A stretch of 60,194 nt of DNA, counting the filler, from Bipalium vagum (taxonomy: Eukaryota), in the NCBI GenBank assembly GCA_037834085.1. It is 3 parts of 3 records of this genome, joined end to end, with 100 filler letters (N's around TTAATTAATTAA, not from the genome) between each part and the next. Parts side by side here need not be neighbours in the genome. Positions count along the whole stretch, not along the records: positions 42,669 to 60,194 come from JBBMKC010061869.1; 2 more parts are not named here. The stretch is one strand, 5' to 3'. Shown here in pieces: positions 51,637-60,194 of this stretch. Position 1 is the stretch's first letter; each line of letters opens with the position of its first letter. The notes below the pieces were generated by a model that was not told the DNA's origin, ran no database searches, and saw nothing but the letters and a program-made list of their open reading frames with translations. The position numbers were made by a program, and so were the translations under genes.

Positions 51637-54600
51637 TGACAATGTTGTCAAAAGGAGACAAGACAGGAAAATAATTATGGATGCTTTGCCGAGTAAAGCC
51701 CGAGATTTAATAAACTTTAATGTTCGCCGATTCAATGAACGAAGTTCAGATGATGGTTCAAAGATGTCTCAATGGAGTATTCGATCTCTTGCTGTCCGAT
51801 GAGGCTGCAATTTAGTGGCGAAATTTCAAGACAGAGACTACTACAAAAGTGGAAGCAAACCCTGGTTTCAAGAGACTTTTATCATTAAAAAGTCGATTTC
51901 TGAACTGATAATGGAACTTGGTGAGGTGAAGCAAAATAGTGATGAAAGGTTTGCAACCTTTGAAATCTACTGGTCAAGGTCCTGGACTCCGGGTTATCCA
52001 GAGATGAAATTTTAGCTGATTTCTTAACAAAAAGAGCCAAGAGCACGGGTCTTAAAGAAGCTATAATACCAATGCCGAAAAATGAAGTTAAGGATATTAG
52101 CGATCTGGCCAAGTCATATAAGAATAGAGAACAAGCTAACGAGATGGTTCAAGTCAGCGCAGTTATGCAGAATCAAAGAGTACAACTAAATACAAATTTT
52201 TTCGACCGGGACCATTCAGAGATGACTACTGAGCCGAAAGATCGAGTCTTAGATCAGGAATGAATCCTTTTCATATTGTTGGGAAATCTTACAGAGCGAA
52301 CCAACGACAAGAGAATCCAAGAATCTTGAATGAACATCGAGGCACGCATCACAGTCGAGTAGATTTCCATAGAAGAGCACCACCTAGGTATTCAATGAAA
52401 CACATCCCGAAACGGGTGTACAACTCATCATGTGGTTTACCACCATCTAACGACGAACAGCTGAGGTTGGGTCAATGTTATTGTTGCGGGTCAAACGATC
52501 ATTTGCGCTCTCATTTCCACTGCAGAATAGATACCTGATTTGTGACCAGCACAGACATCAATTTGTTAATTTCAGCTCCCACTCATCAACGCCGATCTGT
52601 GATGTGTATTCACGAAGAAGCAGATGAGATAATACAAAACATTAGCAATCAGGAGGAATTGGACGAAAAAATCCATGTGGATCCCATAGCTTACATCTCG
52701 TCTGTGGGATTGACTTAATGAACATTTTAGGAAATCGAAATGTGGATGATGTAGAAATTTTTAAGACAGATGATGAAAGACAGTGGAGTTGGATGCAGAT
52801 AGAAGGAAGAAAGTTGAAAATGTTGTAGGATTTGGGAGCGTCGTTTACGGTTATGAGTGAATTTTACTGGAGACAGATGGGTAGCCCTAAGTTGAGTAAC
52901 ATCAATGTTCTCTTAAGTGGTGTATTCTCAGTTAGAAGCAAGCGGAGATTGTGGTCATATGGAGATTGCAACCAGATTTTTTTGGTGGCGTTAATTTTAT
53001 GAAGGAGTTTGGAATCCAGCTGTTCCAAATTAATAACATTGAATCAACAGATCTACAAAGGAAATTTTTAAGTTTCGATAGAATTAATTATGCAATGGAG
53101 ATTTTTAAAGATGTGTTCAGTGTGGGATTGTGCAACATGATAAGACGGTATTGAAATGTTTTCATGGCCTCAACCTTTGACATTGACCACACGAAGTTAG
53201 TTCAACATAACATTGACATAACAGGCACACCGATCTTACAACATCCAAGAAGGCACCCTATGCATCTGGAAGCAAAGTTGGACGTGATGGTATCCAAATT
53301 GATGGCTGCTGGGGTCGTGTCCAACTGCAAGAGCCAATGGAACTCACCATTGGTGGTAGTGAGCAAAAATGACAACTCGGTTCGGATGTTTGTAGATTTT
53401 ATAAGAGTCAATGCCATTACAGAGAAGTATACTTTTCCAATTCCTGATATGCAGATGTTACTCGATTTCTTGGCTGGGTGAAAATATTTTTCGTCAATCG
53501 ATCTGGGTCAAGCCTATTATCAAGTAAACCTATCAGAAAAGTGTCGCTTGATAACGACGTTTAGCACCAAACAAGATCAATTCTGTTTCAATCGCATGCC
53601 TTTTGGGTTGGCAACGGAACCGGCGACATTTCAAAAGCTGATGCACGAACTATTGGATGGTCTGATTTTTAATGGTGTTCTGGTATATCTCGATGATATA
53701 CTCCCATACAGCCTCTCGGAAAAAAAGCATGTCGATGTATTAGAGAAGTGTTAAGAAGGTATATCGAATGCAGGTTTAAAATTGAATCCCAACAAGTGCA
53801 AGTACCTCGAGAAAGAGCTTGTTTTTCTTGGTCACACCCTGTGTTCGGACGGCATTCGCACCAACTAAAAGAAGATAGAGGTAATATTGAGGACCAAACC
53901 ACCTGGTTGTGTGTCACATTTGCTTTGTGTCTTTCCTAGGATTGACAAACTATTATCGTCGTTTCATCGATAAGTATGCCGAAGTCGCAGCTCCCTCATA
54001 TGCGGCTAAAGGAGACAAAGGTCTGCAGTGGACGGACAAATGTCAAGAAAGTTTACAAAATCTCTTTGAAAGACTGTGCAAAGCCCCTATCTTGGATTTC
54101 CCGCGGAAGGACCGTACTTTCATGTTGGATACTGACGCTAGTTTTGGGGCTATCGGTGCCGTGTTAAGTCAGATCAAAGAAGATGGATCGGAGACCGTGA
54201 TTGCTTACGGTTCCAGGCATTTGTCGACTCACGAATTGGGTTATTGCGTCACAAGGAAGGAATTATTAGCTCTGTACGAATTTGTTTTGCATTTCAAGCA
54301 ATACCTATATGGCAAACGGTTCAGTGTAATTAAAACTGTCCACGATATACTGACTACATTTCTAAAGGAGGTTGTTTAGAAAGAAAATGGTCTGAACTAC
54401 ATCAGTATCAACGCAACGCAGCAGAGCTCTACAAAATTCTAACCGTTTGAAATTGTATTTTGATATAGAGTTAACTTATACTCTGGAAGGAATGGAACTG
54501 TCGTTCCAGAAACAGAGATCACGGCTCAGATGAAGAAAAATTTAGATTTTGCTGCTGACAAAATGAGTGTTTTTGAGAAGGACAAGAGAGTTAATCGAGA

Positions 54601-54802
54601 ATTCAGAATTGGTGAAGAAGTGTTAGTGAGAAGGGAACCGCAGAACAGAAAGAAAAATGAATTCTTGAATGAAAATGAAAAAGGCCCCTATAAGATAACC
54701 AAATTTATATCGCCACACTAGATCGAACTTAGGGTCCAGATGGAACAAAATTATGGAGAATCGAGTGATTGAAGAAATACCAATAATCTTATACAACAGC
54801 GG

Positions 54803-54891
54803 AGTTATGTTAATTATTGTTGATTTGTTTGAATAAATACTTTTCACCTTAACGTGTTATATTTTATACTGTTATGAAGAACGAATTAACT
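54803..54891 (+). repeat. 3' LTR (89 bp)
   Basis: Direct repeat of 51531-51619. Confidence 0.9.
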
Positions 54892-54949
54892 ACAACAAAT
54901 CATAATTTACATAGTAAAGTTGAGATTCAAAGCTTGAAAGCTGATAAAA

Positions 54950-55330
54950 ACTATACTGTTCGTATTCTTTAACTCCATTATTGGAATAAAGGATTCAGTA
55001 GCAGATCTGCTGCAGTTTAAATATGTGAAGTTGAAGGAGACAAATTTTTCAGTAAAAGCGCAGCTATCAAATGGTTTACAAGATTTTATTCGGATAATAC
55101 GGATCTTAATGGTGAGTCAAGTTCTGGAAGACCCTCAACAGTTGATTACCAAGAAATTATGTATGCTTTGGGTAAAAATCCATGTACCAGTGTCAGAAGT
55201 CCAGATGAAGTTCAAATTCCGAAATCTTCAGTGCACTGCAAACTTCTGTCTCATGGCAAGAGAAATAGGAGATACAAAGTTGTACCGCATGATCTAAATC
55301 CCGAACAAGAGGAAAAACGTTTGCAAATCC
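54950..55330 (+). pseudogene. mariner transposase N-terminal relic
   Basis: WFTRFYSDNTDLNGESSSGRPSTVD, in a frame not shown in the ORF track. Confidence 0.6.
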
Positions 55331-55636
55331 TAAAATAATTACTTTTTTGAAAATTCTTTTTGTGATTCTTATTATAAAAATTTTGTAATATGGGATTATC
55401 AAATTAAAGATTAGTACAATTATTTTTATATTATTTATTATTAATTATTAAATTAACAGTATAAAATTAGCAAGAAAATAAATAAAGAATTTGTACATAA
55501 ATTAAATATAGAAATAAGAAGTTACTTTAAATAGAAATTAATGTAAATAAAATAATATGAATTTATAAAAATAGAAATTAAATGTTGATAAAAATAATTA
55601 TAGTCCAGAAAATTTATATATATCCTAACAAGAATT

Positions 55637-56583
55637 AGTTAACAAAGGCACATAAACCACTATCAATGAGTACACAGAATGACAAACTACAAAAGAACGC
55701 GCTGTGGTCAAACAATTATTTCTAATTAATACTATTAGTAAATTTCTTATAAACTATAAAACTCTGTGCGATTATCGTCACATAAGTTTTATTTTATATA
55801 TCAAACTATATTATAAACTATCAAGAAATCTTAACTTATTGACTTGGTAATATTATTCTTAAGTCCTTATAAATAAGTGCTCGAAACTTTTTCGAGAATT
55901 AAATAAAATTTTTTTCCCTTCTTTTTTACTTTTCACAATTAACGCAGCCGCTACCTGGTTAATTGCTGATGGTTTTTGAGCATTAAACTAAGTTTGGGCC
56001 AAAAGATTGTTTAGACTTTGATCATCCCATAAGAGTCAAATTGTAAAAATCATAATTTCAAATAAATATTTTGAAATCAATTGCGTTATCTTAGTTAAAT
56101 TGAATTTTTATTTGATCGTTTATATTTTACATTGTTATACTAACATTTTATATTTCTGCTTTGAACGTTCATCCGTAAACTCTTTTGATCAAAGTTATTT
56201 TGTTAAGTCCCTAAATAGATTTTCTTAACCCAATTAAACTCATATATTTTAGGAATTTAACATTTGGTGAGCCCAACGTGATTACATTCAGAGAACTATT
56301 AAAAGTTAATAATAAAATCTTTAATAAACAGAAAATATAATTCACAAAAATCAATTAAAACTAATTAAAACACTTGATCTAGCAACAAAAACAGAATCAC
56401 TACAGAGCAAGTCAAGACAAATCATAGTAAATCACCAAGAAGGTAAAAAAGTTAAACTCACACTTCCACAAACTCGACAGAGAATTACAGAAACAATAGA
56501 TAATATAATAAAAAACAATATGGCAACAAGAGAAAATCAACCCGATGAAAAATTCAAAATCAAAATCTGGCTTTCAATGTAGA
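55637..56583 (+). mobile_element. truncated LTR retrotransposon 5' end: LTR (about 55637-56262), PBS, leader and possible gag start
   Basis: ...TTAACA|TT|TGGTGAGCCCAACGTGAT (PBS 56265-56282), an A/C-rich leader, and ATG at 56520 (MATRENQPDEKFKIKIWLSM*). The LTR 5' boundary is approximate. Confidence 0.6.
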
Positions 56584-57799
56584 CCGTGGTTTTTTCCTTG
56601 TCTAATATCAATTGTCTCTTGGAAAAGTATGTAGTCACGCATCTTGACCTTGTGTGATGATTGTGTAACGGGTGCCTGATGTGGTCATGAAAATTAATTA
56701 ATATTTGTATTATTTAATAATTCACAATTCTCAATTATGATTAATTTATATAAATTGCTACTTCACTTTTTATTGTTAATAACTTTATTATTTACGGTTA
56801 TATTATTACTATTACTTTAATATTGCTTTGTGCACAGAATTTAGTGTTATTTCTATTTTGTAGATGATAAATTGTAGATATAATTTTAAATATTATTCTT
56901 ATGATCCTGCTGACCTAAGCATTATAGGGATATTAGCTAAATTACTTTATTAAAAATTTTGCAATTTACGGAAACTGATTTTTTCATTTAATTGATTAAA
57001 ACTATTACGAGGGTTATATGTTACTGTTATTATCGTCAGATGTTATTATTATTATTTTGATTGTAATAAATTTTTGCTTTTCTATTGGTGATTAAAAACT
57101 AATTATGGATAGTTTTATGTCCCCAGCGGTTAACAACCAATCAAAGACGTTTAATTAGTCATAATAATTGTGTAATAATTGATATAACAATTTGGATTTA
57201 AATTAAAAATGAGAAGTTTACGGAAAAAAACTGCAGCATTATTGAGTATTGTTATTAACCTCACAAAATATGATTCGCTTGCTATTATCAACATTAAAAC
57301 TTTGAATTTTGAAGCTTGACAAATAAAATAAAGACAAACATTGAATGATTAATAAATGCATATTTTTACAAAGTAAAATATAATCTGCCAAAATCACACA
57401 ATCATCATAATGACAAAACAACCAACGAATACTTTAAAAGCAATTTCATGCACACAGAAATCACTAAAAGGTTATTGTCAATTTTGTGTTATCTATTCAA
57501 TTTATTTTCATCTTGAACTGTAGAGCCTGGTTCAATCAGGGTATCCATAATATTTCTCTTTTTAAATCGTCAATATTATTATGAAGTGGGAAGGTTGTGG
57601 AGATATCTAATCTAACATTATTGAGACATTGTGTTATAACTTGTGATACCTTCAAATAAAAGTTTTAGACCTACTTGTTGTTGATTTATAGTGCTGGACA
57701 ATAACGAACGGTTGGGTTTATATAATATTCATTTTAATTATAATTCAAAGTATTAAAATCATAATAATAATAATAATAATAAAATAAAATTTTAAAACC

Positions 57800-58340
57800 C
57801 ATAATAAAATAATAAAATGAGTTGACAGCTCTGTGAGCTCAGACTGGTCACTTGAAATCAAAACCGAGCTAAAAGAATAATTGTTCACGAAAATAAAAAG
57901 CTGTTATTGGTTATTTTTGAGGATGGCCGGAATCCTTGGAGTTTGACCCACCACGGATGACTCAAAGGGGAACTCGTGTAGGTCAAGGAGCTGGATCCAA
58001 TTCCCAATGAGTGAGACATATTTTTTTTGTTTTCTTGTTCTTGTCATTTTGATTAATATCTTAATTTTATCAGAAGTCATTATTTGATCCTATTTTGTAA
58101 ATTTTAATTTTAAGTACAAATTGTTTTAACTGAAATTAACTGTTTGATCATTATCATTGTTTTTATCACCAGTGCTTTGCTTTGTGCAGCGTTTTTTCTT
58201 AGAAATTGTCATTTTCGTGATTTTATGTTGACGTTTAATAAATCTAGTGTTATCATACGATTTATTTCACACATTAAAGTATAATATGACATATTACAGT
58301 TACATAATCTAACCATGCTGAAGATTTAGGAGTCAGATTA
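57800..58340 (+). mobile_element. possible degenerate solo LTR
   Basis: GC-richer block, T-rich tract, AATAAA, and AAGATTTAGGAGTCAG resembling AAGATTTGGAGTCAG at 42900-42914. Confidence 0.3.
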
Positions 58341-60029
58341 AATGTATGTGGTTAATGTTAACATATTAACACACCATAAAACGACATTGGAGTCAAGTCT
58401 TTAACGGTTTGGTTAATATCAATCTTAAAATTATCACTGATACGATTTAAAACTGAATAATGAAAAATTATTCCATTTATTTTTTAATAATTTCTATAAC
58501 CTTACACAAAATGTGGAAAACAATATGCGTTAATTTTTATGAGATCAATATGGATTCAAAAACTTTAGAAATCACTGTAAATCTTCTTATATTTGTCCAA
58601 GCATTCCAATAAGCCAAGAAAATTGAGTCGACTTTGATTTTATTTCAGTTAATAATTTTTTGTTTTAATTCAGAAATTCATGTGAACTTAGAAATTGATA
58701 ACGGCATTTGTGAGAATACAGACTACTTTCAGTTGTAAATGTATAGAGAAAGATAATATAATATTTAGAAATAAAACAATCTAAAACCGTTAAATTAAAA
58801 GTATTAAAATAAAATAAATATTATGAATAATAATATTTTAGTTATTATCAAAAATAAATTATTAGAAAAATAACTTTAAAGTTTAATAAGTTAATCAAAG
58901 GTAGAACAATCAATATAAGAAGCATAAGCAATTTTAAAATCATAATGAAAACAATTGAAATAATGAAGAATTAACAGTCAAGTAAAATTAATAAAAGTTC
59001 CATTTTAAATATTACAATTTTAATAAAATCAATAATTACACAAACAAATGTTAATAATAAATAATTATTATTTTAATTATTTTAAATTAAATTATTAAGA
59101 TTTGAAAAAATGAAAATTTGAAAATCTGATGGTAAATAAAAAATTTAATGGTCTTCAAATCTCCCGGTCTTAATATGGCGACATCCAGTAAAATAAAAAA
59201 ACTTTTTATATTTATAAACAATATTATAAAATGATTCTAAAAATTATTATTATTTCCAAAACATTCTATGGAGTAATTCTAATAGGATCGGGTAATTGAT
59301 TCTACTTTTGAAAATTATATTTCGAAAATTAAGTGTAAATAATATAAATATATAAAAACCTAAACCACAATTGAATGGATCTTATAAAAATGTAGTATTT
59401 GTTAATTTATGAAAAAAATTATATTAAATAAACAAACAATTTATTTTCGCTCATATTGATAATTTTAAGTTAAATTATTCGGTTAAAAATTTAATTTCTT
59501 AACTTTCTTTAAAAATTAAGAGCAATCAATTTTCAATAATCAATTCTACAAATAATAATATTTATCACAAATTCAAACAAATTAATACATAATAATAATT
59601 AAAAGATTTCTTCATTTTGTTTTAATTTTCAATATTATTTTATAAATATTATTTTCTTTCTACTTTTTCTCAATATAAATAAAGCTGATTTCCTTTTTAA
59701 GCATTTTTTTATATGGTTAACAATTTGAAAAAAATGAAAAATGTTGAATTAAAATAAAATATTGCAAAATTGTAAAATACAAATTATATAAAAATATATT
59801 TTATAACAAATTTTTAAAAATTAAAGGTTCACGTAAAAGTCAAACTGACACAAATATTAACAAAATACAATTACCACAATTATTGTTATTTACAGAGAGA
59901 GTTGGAACAATGGTTTTGCATATTGCATGAGAATAAAAATTTTGATTTTGGATTACAGAAGGGAAATAGAAAGTACTTTGTTGCCATTACTCCCACTTTG
60001 TTCTGACTGTTCGAAGCTAGAAACGTCTG

Positions 60030-60194
60030 AAATTAAAATTTTGGTGATTATTAATTAATATTATTAATAAATTAAAATTTTGGTGATTATTAATTAATAT
60101 TATTAATAATATTATTATTAAAATTAATATTATTATTAATATTATTATTAATATTATTATTAATATTATTATTAATATTATTATTAATATTATT
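60030..60194. repeat. local ~39-bp tandem duplication grading into AT low-complexity
   Basis: AAATTAAAATTTTGGTGATTATTAATTAATATTATTAAT occurs twice, then (TAATAT/TAT)n. Confidence 0.75.

Larger units (their letters stand above)
51531..54891 (+). mobile_element. Ty3/Gypsy LTR retrotransposon, decayed, integrase core deleted
   Basis: 89-bp LTRs at 51531-51619 and 54803-54891. Gag knuckle CYCCGSNDHLRSHFHC, protease L*DLGAS, RT WNSPLVVV / FVDFIRVNA / FNRMPFGL / VYLDDIL, RNase H LDTDAS..GAVLSQ..YCVTRKELLA. Flanks ACAAG / ACAAC. Confidence 0.95.

Overview
This is very AT-rich eukaryotic (metazoan-like) DNA, not prokaryotic. Two artificial 100-nt spacers (44 N + TTAATTAATTAA + 44 N, at 15761-15860 and 42569-42668) join three segments, and there are two sized gaps (32361-32584, 36891-37053). 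Two host genes can be reconstructed by hand from GT-AG introns: a complete 4-exon PIM-family Ser/Thr kinase (11543-13562, 363 aa) and seven internal exons of adenylate kinase 7 (37396-40096; 5' and 3' exons not seen). The rest is mostly decayed transposons. These include many mariner (DD34D) relics, among them a cleanly nested pair, plus Tc1, maT and DD37E elements, MITEs, probable solo LTRs, and an LTR with a tRNA-Trp primer site. There is also a 3.36-kb Gypsy element with unusually short 89-bp LTRs ending AGTTA...TAACT. The most unusual structure is a 589-bp element (40630-41218) with 79-bp terminal inverted repeats. Each repeat contains an 18-bp arm / 10-nt spacer / 18-bp arm palindrome, and the asymmetric spacer is in direct rather than inverted orientation, an arrangement resembling loxP/FRT sites. 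All protein assignments come from motif recognition by eye; no database search was run.
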